From the NCBI RefSeq assembly GCF_009914755.1, contig NC_060943.1: 64,000 nucleotides of DNA. One strand, written 5' to 3'. The stretch is from the human T2T-CHM13v2.0 reference genome, Homo sapiens. Positions 1 to 18,190 of the stretch are shown here, one piece after another. The notes under the pieces were generated by a model that was given only the letters and a program-made list of their open reading frames with translations, was not told the origin of the DNA and ran no database searches. Both the position numbers and the translations under genes were made by a program. Every line of letters begins with the position of its first letter. The stretch's first letter is position 1.

Positions 1-735
1 CTTCCCGAACTTCCGTAAACGCATTCCCCCATGCTCCTGCCCTTCTCAGATGAGGGTGACCTTGTGCTTCCTAGGATATCACTAAAATCTCAGCATGCTT
101 TTAAAATGTAAAGGATAATTACATTGTTTATAAGGGTTTTAATTTGTAATATAAAGAAAAAATTACATGTTTACTCACAATGGGTGAAGAAATTCATCAT
201 TTTAAAAATTCTTTGGAGGTGTGGGAGAAAAATGTTAGAAGACCTCATCCCTGCCTGATCTGCCCTCCCAGGTCCTCTCTGACCTCATCTGTTTCCCGTG
301 TCCTCCTCCCTCCCTCTGCTCCAGCCATGCAGGCGTCTTTCCTGTTCCTGGGCCGAGGTTGCTCCTGCCTCAAGGCGTTCATGTGGGCTGTCCCTCTGCT
401 GGAACTCGCTGGCCCCTCAGCTGCAGGTGCAAACACCCCTCCTTCCCCAGGTCTCTGTTCTGATATCACCTTCTCAGTGGGGACTTCTGTGACCCACCTC
501 CCATTTCACACTCCAGCTACACCCTCACCCCCTCCTCTGGTCCATATTGGCTGCTCTGCATGCTTCTTTCTGTTTTTTCACCTTCCACTGCCTGTAGGAG
601 TTTATCGTCCCTGGTACAGTGGGCAGCAGAGGGGACCATATTTCCTCAGGGTGAGGTCTCCTTTGTATGTTTCATTGTGTTAACGGAGGGGGTGTGTTGA
701 TTCTGAGCAATAAACAACATATTTTTAACATTCAG

Positions 736-823
736 GATTGACTTCTAAAGACTCTTGGTACGTGAGGAAGAAACCCGGAAGAGGAAGAGGAAAGCAAAGG
801 AGTCAGGGATGGCTCTTTCTCAG
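736..823 (+). CDS. ZNF845: KZFP gene 1, start-codon exon (5'UTR plus ATG at 809, encoding MALSQ)
   Basis: Acceptor ttcag|G at 735/736, strong-context gggATGg at 809, donor CAG|gtgaga at 823/824. The same exon recurs in both paralogs (31715-31796, 57439-57526). Confidence 0.9.
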
Positions 824-1564
824 GTGAGATGATATGTTGGGTGGATTGTTCTGTCTCCTTCCTCTCAGAAATCCTGGGCCTTGGAGTTGGGAATCTTCTC
901 TGAGTCTGAAGCATCCTGCCTGACAGGTTTGCTCGCACTCACCCATGCCTTCCCTCAGTCCCTCTCATCTCGCTTAGATTCCATCTCTTGTGACACAGTG
1001 ACATCAACTTGGGAAGAGGCCGCACTGGGCATGGTCCTGGGAAGGGCTCACACCGAGACATGGATGGAGATGGGATGAGGGCCCCATGGTGTCAGTGCTG
1101 TTGGGCAGCAGGGATTGTTCAGGGGCCACATCTGGATGCACTGTCAGCTCTCTGTGAACCAGGATTAGAGCAGCTGCCAATGGAAGTCATGTATTCATGT
1201 GCACAAAGTAGGTGGTAAATTCTAGAAAAGGTGACCAATAAGGGGAAACGTTTTCTGCCTGATTTTATACTACATTTTTAGTTTTTTGAGTGAGTTACTG
1301 TGTTTCTGACTCCAAAAATCTTAGTAATTAGAATGGAAAGTTCATACACAGACATGAATGATAGAAGATGTTTTATTCCATCATTTCTTTAAGAATAGGA
1401 AATCAACCTGAATCATAGCAGGAGATTCATTCAACCATTCTTAGCACATTAAAGCTCATGGAGACTGTGGGGTTACTGCGGAGAGGCTTGTGAAACAGGT
1501 GTTTTCAGGAAAAATGGTTATAATTTTTCTCAAATATGGGAGCAGTACTTCATTTTTATCCTAG

Positions 1565-1849
<285 letters not shown>

Positions 1850-2344
1850 TAAGGTGATCTGCCTGCCTCAGCCTCCCAGAGTGCTGGGATTACAGGCATG
1901 AGCCGTGCCCAGCCCCACCAATTATTATTAAATATATATTTTTATATGTAAACATCACATGATATATTTATTTGTTTTCTGGTAAAACTCGAAGGAAAGC
2001 TGCAGCTTAGACCCATTGCCATAAAGCATCTCTTTTCCCTGTCACGTCCTCCACCCTCCTTCCAGCCTCATTGTGGAGCCGCTACTGTCAGTTCTGTGCC
2101 ATGGGTCAGAGCAAATCTCGCGCGTCTGTATTTCTGCATCGTTACGAGACTTTAGAAAAAATTCTGCGGTAAATTTAAAAAATATATATTTATGGTTTTA
2201 CTTTAGGTTTGGGGCGCCATGTTCAGGTTTGTTACATAGGTAAAGTAGGGTCATCAGGGTTTGTTGTACAGATTATTTCATCACTCTGCTATTAATCCCC
2301 GTATCCAATAGTTATTTATTTATTTATTTATTTTTTGAGACTGA

Positions 2345-2638
<294 letters not shown>

Positions 2639-3932
2639 TAGTCCTCTCCTTCCTCCCCGCCTCCACCCTCAAGTAGACCCCAATGTCTGTTGTTTTCTTC
2701 TTTGTGTTCCAGTAAATATTTTACTTTGATATTTGATCCTACTGGTTGTGAAAATTTACATGTTGTCATGTTAGTTAACATGGCTAGCTTGCCCTTTGAC
2801 ATCTGCATTAGAAATTGACTGGATGACCTGTGTGTTCTTTGCAATTTTTCCCTGTATAAAGAGTGCCATAGTGGCTGCCTCTGTGCACACCTGCGTTACT
2901 ACAGATACCTGAAGATTCCTCCAGGTCAGGCGGTTGAAAGGGTGATTGCTTCTTCTAGGATGGGGCATTCCCTGTTTTCTTAGATCTGACAAGATTCCCC
3001 CCTGCCCCCACCTGCCAATGTATCCTCTTCTACCAAGATGTGATTCTTCTTAAGTTAAACAAAACTTGCCACTTTTTATATTTTTAAAACCTTTCTATAT
3101 ATGCACACCCACCTACACAAGTATACACACACACATGCATATACATACATATATACACACACGTATATATTTTGAACATCTTTTATTTTTTGAATATCTG
3201 GGGGAAATGACAATCCTTTGTATTAACATCTAGTTTTTTGTGAGTCTGTGTAGGTTTTATTATTTTGTGGACATATGTATATATAAAATGGATTTTCATA
3301 CTTTGAGTCATCTAGTTTTCATGTATTTTCTTTTATTTTGAGACTGGGTGTCACTGTGCTGCCGAGGCTGGAGCACAGTGGCGCGATCTTAGCTCACTGC
3401 AACCTCCACCCTCAGGCTCAAACCATCCTTCTACCTCAGGCTCCCAAGTAGCTGGAACCACAGGTGCCTGCCACCATGCCCGGCTGATTTTTTTTTTTTG
3501 AGATGGAGTCTCTGTTACCCAGGCTGGAGTGCAATGGTGAGATTTAGGATCACTGCAACCTCTGCCTCCTGGGATCAAGCAATTCTGCGTCAGCCTCCTG
3601 AGTAACTGGGATAACAGGCATGTGCCACTGTGCCAGGCTGGATTTTAGTTTCTGATCCTGATCTTTCACTGCGGACGTTGTCATCTCTGAAGACATCACT
3701 CATACCCTGTCTCATCTAGATACTGAATGTCACTTGCATTGTCAGTAAAAGTTTCTGGGCCAGGCACGGTGGATCACGCCTGTAATCCTAGCACTTTGAG
3801 AGGCTGAGGCAGGCAGATCATGAAGTCAGGAGTTTTGAGACCAACCTGGCCAATATGGTGAAACCCCGTTTCTACTAAAAATACAAAAATTAGCTAAGAA
3901 TAGTGGTGCATGCCAGGAATCCCAGCTCCTCA

Positions 3933-4318
<386 letters not shown>

Positions 4319-4621
4319 TAGTAGAAACGGGATTTCTCCATGTTGGTCAGGCAAGTCTTGAACTCCCGACTTCAGGTGATCTGCCTGCCTCAGCCTCCCA
4401 AAATGCTGAAATTATAAGCATGAGGCACTGTGCCCGGCTCCTGCATTGATTTCTTTTGTGTGTATTTTTAGTATTATCCACAAACATCAGAAATTCATAC
4501 TGAGAGGGTATTGTGACCTCTTCAAAAGGTATAAGAAGGCCGGTGTGGTGGCTCATGCCTGTAATCTCAGCACTTTGCGAGGCCGAGGCAGGTGGATCAC
4601 GAGGTCAGGAGTTCGAGATCA

Positions 4622-4882
<261 letters not shown>

Positions 4883-4988
4883 TTACTCGGATTTGTCAGA
4901 ACATTCACTACAATTAAATCCATGCTTTCCTCTCTCCTCTTCTCATTTCGTGTAAAGATAAGAACTCCTCCCATAACCATTTCCTTAA

Positions 4989-5267
<279 letters not shown>

Positions 5268-6411
5268 TGAATTCCTGGGCTCATGTGATTGTCCCACCTC
5301 AGCCTCCCCCAGTAGCTGGTACAGGTGCATGCCACTATGCCGGGCTACTTTTTTAGTTTTTTTTTTTTTTTGTAGTTGTTGTTTTTGTTTTTGTTTACAA
5401 ACAAGGTCTTCCTGTGTTGTTGAAGCTGGTCTTGGTCTCCTGGGCTCAAGAGATCCTCCTTGGCCTCCTGAGTAGCTGGGATTACAGGTGCCAACCCCCA
5501 TACCTAATTATTGGTTTTTATTTTTTAAATTGTAGCATATGTGTGTCCTTAGGGTTTATATGAGTTTTCTTTGGACAACATGTAGTTGGTTCCTGTTGAT
5601 TGAGCCAGTCTTTGCCTTCTGAGTGCAGAGTTAAATATTTACATTTGAAGTATTACTGATGGAGAAGACCTTACCGTTGTGTTTCTGTTTCATATTATCT
5701 GTATCTCTTGTAGGTTTTTTTGGTTATTCATTTCTCATTTATTACTTTTTGCGTTTAATTGCTTTTTTGTGTAGACATGCTTTGACTCCCTTCTTATTGA
5801 CTTTTGTTTATGATGGAGTCTCACTCTGTCGCCAAGGCAGCAGTGCCGTATGTGATCTTGGCTCACCGCAGCCGGCTTCGCCTCTCGTGCTCAAAAAATT
5901 CTCGTGCCCCAGTGGCTCATGCCTGTAATCCCGGCACTTTGGGAGGCCAAGGCAGGCAAATCACCTGAGGTCAGGAGCTCAAAACCAGCCTGGCTAGCAT
6001 GGCGAAATTCTGTCTCTACTAAAAATACAAAAATTAGCCAGACACGATGGTGGGTGCCTGTAATCTCAGTTACTCAGGAGGCTGACGCAGGAGAGTTGCT
6101 TGAACCCGGGAGGCGGAAGTTGCAGTGAACCAAGATCATGCCACTGCACTAGAGTCTGAGAGACAGAGTGACACTCTGTCTCAAAAAAATATTTTCATCA
6201 CCTGCGAAAACTATTCTTTCTCCACTAGAACTCTTTGTTCTTTATGTTAGAATTATTTCTGTGTGTGTTGCATTTTCAATATCACGTACAGTGTTTTCTC
6301 ATGCTGTTTTCCTCTAAATAATAGGAAAGTTGTGTTATGAAGAAAAGGTACACTTATACAAGTTTCTGTGTCTATCCTTTTATTTGCTTATTTATTTATT
6401 TATTTATTTGA

Positions 6412-6567
<156 letters not shown>

Positions 6568-6804
6568 TAGTAGAGACAGGGTTTCTCCTTGTTGGTCAGA
6601 CTGGTCTCGAACTTCTGCCCTCAGGTGGTGATCCGCCTGCCTCGGCCTCTTAAAGTGCTGGGATTACAGGTGTGAACCACCGCGCCCAGCTTATCTGTCT
6701 TTTTATTTACCTTTACTGGAGAACTTTTTGTATATTTGTGGGTTGGAGTTACTCTTCAGACTTCTTTCATTTCTTTCTTTCTTTTTTTTTTTTTTCTTTC
6801 TTGA

Positions 6805-7026
<222 letters not shown>

Positions 7027-8348
7027 TGATCTTGTGATCCTCCTGCCTCAGCCTCCCAAAGTGCTGAGATTACAGGCATGAACCACCGTGCCCAGCCAGC
7101 CTCACAGTTTTTAAAACATGTTATTGTTATTAGATTGGCTTCAAGTATTGCAATAGTACAGTCTCTAAACTTCCTTTGTTTAATAAGATTTGTCAGCCTT
7201 CGGTGATGTTGATGATGAGATGCTCCTGTTCCTGTCTCAGTCATTTCACTGTCCTCTCAGAAATAGCTTAGACTGGCCAGCCAAGGTGGCTCACACCTCT
7301 AATCCCAGCAGTTTGGGAGGCAGAGGTGAGTGGATCACTTGAAGTCAGGAGTTTGAAACCAGTCTGGCCAACATGGTGAAACATGAAATCTACTAAATAC
7401 AAAAAATTGGCCAAGTGACCCCACAGACTCACGCCTGTAATCCCAGTTCTTTGGGATGCTGAGACGGGCGGATCACCTGAGTTAAGGAGTTTGAGGCCAC
7501 CCTGGCCAACGCGGTGAAACCCCGTCTCCACTAAAAATACAAAAATTAGCTGGGCATGGTGGCGGGCACCTGTTATCCCAAGTAACTCGGGAGGCTGAGG
7601 CAGGAGAATCACTTGAACCCAGGAGGTGGAGGTTGCAGTGAGCCGACATTGTGCCACTTCACTCCATCCCGGGTGACAGAGTGAGACTCCGGGCTGAGGT
7701 GGGAGAATCTCTTCAGGCAGGAGAATCATGCCACTACACTACAGCCTGGGTGATAGAGCGTGACTCAATCTCAAAAACAAACAAAAAAGGTAGTAGCTTA
7801 AACTGGGAGGCTTACGGCACAGATATTTATTTCTCATGAATTTGGAAAGTGGGAAATCCAAGAGCAAGGTGCCAGCCACATTGGTTCCTGGTGAGAGCAT
7901 TCTTCGTGGTTTAGCCCAGCCATCTTCCTGCTGTGTCCTGACATGGTGGAAAGAGGAACAGGAAACGAGCTCTTTAATATCTCTTTTTATAAAAGCACTA
8001 GTCCTATTCATGAGTAGTCAACACCCATGACCAAATTCTCTCAAAGGCCCCATCTGCAGGAACATCCTATTGGAGAATAAGAACTTTGAACCTGGCTTTT
8101 GGCCAATAAGAACATTCAGACCAGGGAGCCTGCATCATCTTGTTAATGTTTTTATTGTGCAATTTGTTATATACAATGTTTTCTCTGATCTCAGTTTATA
8201 AATTTTCCCAGTACACATTCTATGTTTTATATTAGTGCATAGTGAACTAGATAACTAAGGCCAATGCTTATATATGGAATTGCTGTATTGCCTGGCTGTT
8301 TCATAAATGTAGTTGTGACATCGTAGTTGCACCTTCTGACATTGTTAG

Positions 8349-8719
<371 letters not shown>

Positions 8720-9641
8720 TAATGATCTTAACATGTATTTCAGTTCTTATATTGTATGCTGCTGGTAAGTAGAAATTGTGGCTTTTTTTCTGTTTTTTGT
8801 TTTTGTTTTTGTTTTGAGACAGAGTGGCGCGATCTCGGCTCACTGCAAGCTCCACCTCCTGGGTTGATGCCATTCTCCTGCCTCAGCCTCCTGAGTAGCT
8901 GAGACTACTGCCACCCGCCATCACACCCGGCTAATTTTTTTTTTTTATTTTTAGTAGAGATGGGGTTTCACCTTGTTAGCTAGGATGGTCTCGATCTCCT
9001 GACCTCATGATCTGCCCGCCTCAGCCTCCCAAAGTGTTGGGATTACAGGCGTGAACCACTGTGCCCGGCTGTGGCTTTTTTCTTAATAGGAAATTGTTTA
9101 GAATTCTGCAGGCTGTATAAATGTACTTATTATTTGCTTGCTGATTTTATGGGTTACGTTATTTTACTAATTAATTTTTATGATTTTACATAAGGCTTTT
9201 CGGTATGTGGTATGCAATATAACTGACACAGTCCACTCGTTAATGTCACAAAGTGCTGCCTGGCACTATGGCTCACACTTATAATCCCAGGAGTTTGGGA
9301 GGCTCAGGCGCCTAAATTGCTTGAGTCTAAAGTTCGAGGCCAGCCTGTCCAACATGGTGAAACCCCATCTTTACTAAAAACACAAAAATTGGCCAAGCAT
9401 GGTGATGCATGCCTTTAATCCCAGCTACTCAGGAGGCTGAGGCAGGAGAATGGCTTGAACCCAGCAGGCGGAGGTTACAGTGAGACAAGACTGGGCCATT
9501 GCACTCCAGCCTGTTGTGATGGAGTGAGACTTCATCTCAAAAATATAAAAATACAAACAATTTCTTAAAATGTCACAACTTGCCTTTTCTGCATGAATAT
9601 AAGTAATTTTATAACAGTTATTCAGAAAAATATTGTATTAA

Positions 9642-9806
<165 letters not shown>

Positions 9807-10294
9807 TAATTTTGTAATGTTTTCTTATCTTCTCAGTGCTATGATTGTTTGACAATACAGAATTTCCATTGATTTTGGTTATCCTTACATGAGCTTGTTG
9901 TGGATTATTTACCAATATAGTATATTGTGTGGTCTTTTAGCATTTATTTGTATATAGTAAATATGCTGTAAATATGAAGAATATATGCTTTTCTCCTCAT
10001 TGATGTGACAGTGATATGTTTTTTGCAAAGTCTTATACACTTTAGGGTCACAGTGGAAAAATACTCCTTACTTTAGGCTTATATACATTTGTGTGCTGTC
10101 AGTGTTTTGACATGATATTGGAAATAGGCTTCCATAGAAATGATTTCAAGTACATGTAATCGCCCTTTATTTATTGATGAATCTTACCCTTTTGCGTTCC
10201 TAAACTTTCAAGATAATGTTTGGGAAGTTTAAAATAAGTATTGTTTTTAGTGTCACATTTACACATTTCAGTATTATTTACCATCTATACTTAA

Positions 10295-13750
<3,456 letters not shown>

Positions 13751-14039
13751 GATGATTGTTCCAAATGCAATGAGTATAGCAAACCATCAAGCATTAATTG
13801 GCATTAGAGTCAATTCAGCATTGACTTGAGTTTGAATTGACTTAACATTGAGTTCAAGCATTAATTGACATTAAAGTGTTTATGTTAAGAAGATTGGGCC
13901 AGGCGGGGTGGCTCACGCCTGTAATCCCAGCACTTTGGGAGGCCAAGACCAATAGATCACTTGAGGTCAGGAGTTTGAGACCAGACTGGCCAACAGACAT
14001 GAGTCACTTTTCCCACCCTGTATTTTGTTTCTTTAATAA

Positions 14040-15540
14040 AAACTGTTACGGGTTTTTATGGGTATCTGTTGAATCTAAATCACATTTGTTTGTATAATCA
14101 TTCAACAATATTAAGACTTCCAATCCATCAATATGGGTTGTATGTCTATTTAGTTTTTTTGATCAATGTAGATTTCAAGGTACAAGCTTCTCACCTCCTT
14201 AATTCAGTTTATTTGTAAGTATTAAGTTTCATAGCAAATTGAAGTGTGTTCATAAGTTTCTTTAAACATTATTTATTGTTAATGTAAGGAAATTCAACTA
14301 ATTTTGGGTGCTGATTTTGTATTCTGCAAATACACTGAGTGGGTTTATTAGTATCAGTAAAATCTTGGTTGATTCTTTGTGATTTTCTTTCTTTTTTTTT
14401 TGAGACAGTCTCACTCTGTTACCCAGGCTCTTTTCTTTTTTTTTGAGAAGGAGTCTCACTCTTGTCACTTGGACTGGAGTACAATGGCACGATCTTGGCT
14501 CACTGCAGCCTCTGCCTTTCGGGTTTAAGTGATTCTCCTGCCTACTAACTGAGATTACAGGTGCCTGCCACCATGTCCGTATAATTTTTTTGTATTTTTA
14601 GTAGAGACGGGGTTTCACCATGTTGACCAGGTTTTTCTTGAACTCCTGACTTCAGGTGATCCGCCCCCATCAGCATCCCAAAGTGCTGGGATTACAGGTG
14701 TGAGCCACCGCACCCAGCCAGTGATTTTCTATATAGAATGTCGTATCATCTACAAGGAAATAATTTTTTTTTTTGAGACAATGTCTCTCTCTGTCGCCAG
14801 GCTAGAGTGCCGTGGAATGATCTTTGCTCACTGCAACCTCTGTCTCCCGCGTCCAAGCAATTCTGTCTCAGCCTCCTGAGTAGCTGGGACTACAGGCGCA
14901 TGTCACCACACCTAGCTAATTTATTTATTTTTTTTATTTTAGTAAAGATGGGGTTTCACCATGTTGGCCCAGATGGTGGGCCAACATGGTGAGTACCTTG
15001 AAGAGAACTTGAAAGAATATGTTAGATCGCCTAACCTCATTATCCGCCCACTTCGGACTTGCAAATTGCTGGGATTATGGGTGTGAGCCATGAGCCCGGC
15101 CCCAACAAATGTAATTTTACTTCTGTCTTTCTGATTTGGATGAGTTTTATTTCTTTTGCTATTTAATTGCTCTGCCTAGGACAGCCAGTATTTATTGAAT
15201 ATCAGGGGTGAGAGCATTCTTGCATCATGTGATATCCTACAGGAAAACCATTCCATTTTCCTTCATTGGTTATTTCAGCTGTGGTCATTTCATGGATGAT
15301 TTTTATATTTTTGAGGTAAAACTCTACCTATATTGTTTAGGATTTTTACGAAGAATGAATATTGAGTTCTGTGAAATGCTTTTTCTCTATCTATTGAGAT
15401 AATGTGTTTTTTATCTGTCATTCTGTGCAAGTGTGTGTCCCATTGATTTGAGTATGTTGAACCATCCTTGCATCCCATGAATAGGTAGCACTTGGATGTT
15501 TACAATCCCTTTTTATATCCTCTTGAATACAGTTTGCTAG
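14040..15540 (-). mobile_element. Old LINE-1 (L1M-type) ORF2 fragments interrupted by Alus
   Basis: T-rich sequence with L1 antisense hallmarks (gttgaaccatccttgcatccc, gctattgagataat-like). ORF 15290-15478(-) contains KKHIISIDREKAF, resembling L1 ORF2 reverse transcriptase. Paralogous block at about 43850-44670. Confidence 0.65.
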
Positions 15541-15542
15541 TA

Positions 15543-15762
15543 TAAGGGTCTTCAAGAAGTTCATGGAAAAATACATATTATGAAAAATTTGTGCATAAAT
15601 TTCACACTTTTTGTACCAAAATAAACCAGTATAAACTTGTTATAACGTCTGAACAGGCTCTAGTTTGAGGCACTCAGAAGGATAAGACATCAGTTTGAAA
15701 AGAACCTCTATCACAGCAATACAAATTCTGTTAAAACAAGAAGAAACATCAAATTTACGATG
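15543..15762 (+). mobile_element. HSMAR2 mariner DNA transposon, 5' fragment
   Basis: agggtcttcaagaagttcatggaaaa...gaacaggctctagtttgaggcactcagaaggataagacatcagtttgaaaag matches the recalled HSMAR2 5' terminal repeat/UTR and transposase start. Confidence 0.8.
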
Positions 15763-16154
15763 AGACCAGACGCAGTGGCTCAGGCCTGTAATCCCAGCGG
15801 TTTTAGAGGCCCAGGCAGGTGGGTGACGTGAGCCTAGGGATTCAAGACCAGCCTGGGCGACATAGGGGACCTCTTCTCTGCTAAAAGTAAAAAAAGTCAG
15901 CCAGGTGTGGTGGTGCACTGCTGTGGTCCCAGCTACTCTGGGCACTGAAGTGGGAGGATCAGTTGAAGCAGGGATTTTGAGGCTGAAGTGAGCCCTGATC
16001 TCACCACTGCACTCCAGCCTGGGTGACAGAGCTAGACCCTGTCTCAAACAAGCAAATAAATGAGAGGCATAATTCCTCCTTTGAGAATAAAGGAAAAGAT
16101 TTCCCTTCCTTTTGTCTCTTTTCTCAGGACGTTTATTTAGAAAATTTGTAAATG

Positions 16155-16456
16155 AGGCCGGGCGTGGTGGCTCACGCCTGTAATCCCAGCACTTTGGGAG
16201 GCTAAGGTGGGCGGATCACGAGGTCAGGAGATCGAGACCATCCTGGCTAACACGGTGAAACCCCGTCTCTACTAAAAATACAAAAAATTAGCTGGGCGAG
16301 GTGGCGGGCACCTGTAGTCCCAGCTACTCGGGAGGTTGAGGCAGGAGAATGGCGTGAACCCAGGGGGGCGGAACCTGCAGTGAGCCGAGATCGCACCACT
16401 GCACTCCAGCCTGGGTGACAGCGAGACTCTGTCTCAAAAAAAAAAAAAAAAAAAAG
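16155..16456 (+). mobile_element. Young AluY-family element with target-site duplication
   Basis: Full-length Alu with AluY diagnostics (gagatcgagaccatcctggctaacacggtg; aatggcgtgaacc), a long A tail, and agaaaatttgtaaatg duplicated on both sides. Confidence 0.9.
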
Positions 16457-16852
16457 AAAATTTGTAAATGTATTTTCTCTGTCTTCAGAAGTGGTATTTT
16501 TTAGAAACAATAAAACTTGTTTTCATCTTAGTGGTGATCCAGGGGTGTTTTTCTAAAGGACTTGGGAGTTCTGTCTTTGAAATGCCAACAACAAAAAAGA
16601 TAGTACATCTATCTCAGTAGTAAATTAAGTAATTCAAAATGAAGCTGGGTGCGGTGCCTCACGCACTTTGGGACAGTGAGGCAGGTGGATCACCTGAGGT
16701 CAGGAGTTCGAGACCAGCATGACCAACGTGGTAAAACCCCATCTCTGAGATACAAAGGAGGTTGCAGTGAGTGGAGGTTGCACCACTGCACTCCAGCCTG
16801 GGCAACAAGAGTGAAACTACTTCTCAAAAAAAAAGAAAAAAAAATCAAGTAA

Positions 16853-17119
<267 letters not shown>

Positions 17120-17310
17120 TGAAGAAAGTGATCCGTCTACCTTGACCTCCCAAAGTGCTGGGATTACAGGCATGAGCCACTGCCTCCAGCCTCTTCTTTT
17201 TTTTTTTGAGATGGAGTTTCTCTTGTTGCCCAGGCTGAAGTGAAATGATGCTATCTCAGCTCACTGCAATTTCTGCTTCCCAGGTTCAAGCAATTATCCT
17301 ACCTCAGCCT

Positions 17311-17485
17311 AAACCTACCAAAATCAAAATGGCTAGGAGAGTGACCTGTGGTCGTCCTCACTGCTACACCCCCACCAGCTCCATGACAGTTTAAAAATGC
17401 CATGGCAACGTCAGAAAGCTACGCTATAAGGTCTGAAGAGGGGAAGCATGAATAATTCACCCCTTGTTTAGTAGATCATTAAGAA
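17311..17485 (+). mobile_element. MER41 (ERV1 LTR) internal fragment
   Basis: gagagtgacctgtggtcgtcctcactgctacac...atgccatggcaacgtcag...gcatgaataattcaccccttgtttag matches the recalled MER41A/B consensus. Confidence 0.75.
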
Positions 17486-18190
17486 CCTCACTCATCCCTG
17501 GCCTGCGCACTCTGTCCCGCATCCCAGGCGGTGGCCCTAGGGAAGTCTCTGGAGCTGAGCACAGGGTGGACTCTCCCTCCCGAGTGAATGAGGAATAGGG
17601 AGAGGATTTCTACTCTGTTCTGTGGGCCTTCAGCATAAAATTGCTCTTTCCACCCAGGCAGAGATTTGCATTTTACATTCTAGTTTGCATCCCCGTTTCA
17701 GGCAATTCCAGGGCTTTTGAATTATGCTTCAGCATCCCGGGCGGGTCTCGCCTCCAAAACCTGGAAAACACAGGCTGCAGAGCGAGGCGGAGCAAATTGT
17801 AGGCCCCGCCCTGCCCAGCCCAGCCCCGCCCCGCCCCGGGGATCCCTACCCCGCGGGCCACTTATCCACTTCCGTGCCACGCCCCTTGCCCTTCGCGCCC
17901 CGCCCTTCCTCGCCCGGGCCCCGCCCACCTTATCAGGGTTCCTCCCAGGCCTGGCTCCTGTCCTGCGCAGATTCGCACAGACACGGCAGCGGATCACCTC
18001 AGTGAAGGTCACACTGCAGCGCCTGAGTTTCGCTCTGTCTCTAGTTAAGTCGGCCCTTCGCAGGCCCCTGGCTCTGCTATACTTGGGACGTGGGGTCCCC
18101 AGAGACCTGGAAATTCCCACCCCCTTTTCTCCAAATAGAGCATATTGAGACTTCCCTGTGAGGGTCTGCAGGTCGCTTCCTTTTGGGGTT
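17486..18190 (+). pseudogene. Orphan paralogous copy of the KZFP CpG promoter, non-coding exon 1 and start of intron 1
   Basis: Colinear with about 24747-25440 and 54188-54860 (gagcacagggtggactctccctcc; aattccagggcttttgaat; GC boxes; gagtttcgctc; gacctggaaattc). Ends at an Alu/LTR7 with no gene body after it. Confidence 0.85.

Noticed and set aside
180-683. 167-aa ORF at the window start
   Set aside because: Low-complexity, pyrimidine-rich intron 1 sequence (probably an old LINE2-like fragment) with no domain or splice support.
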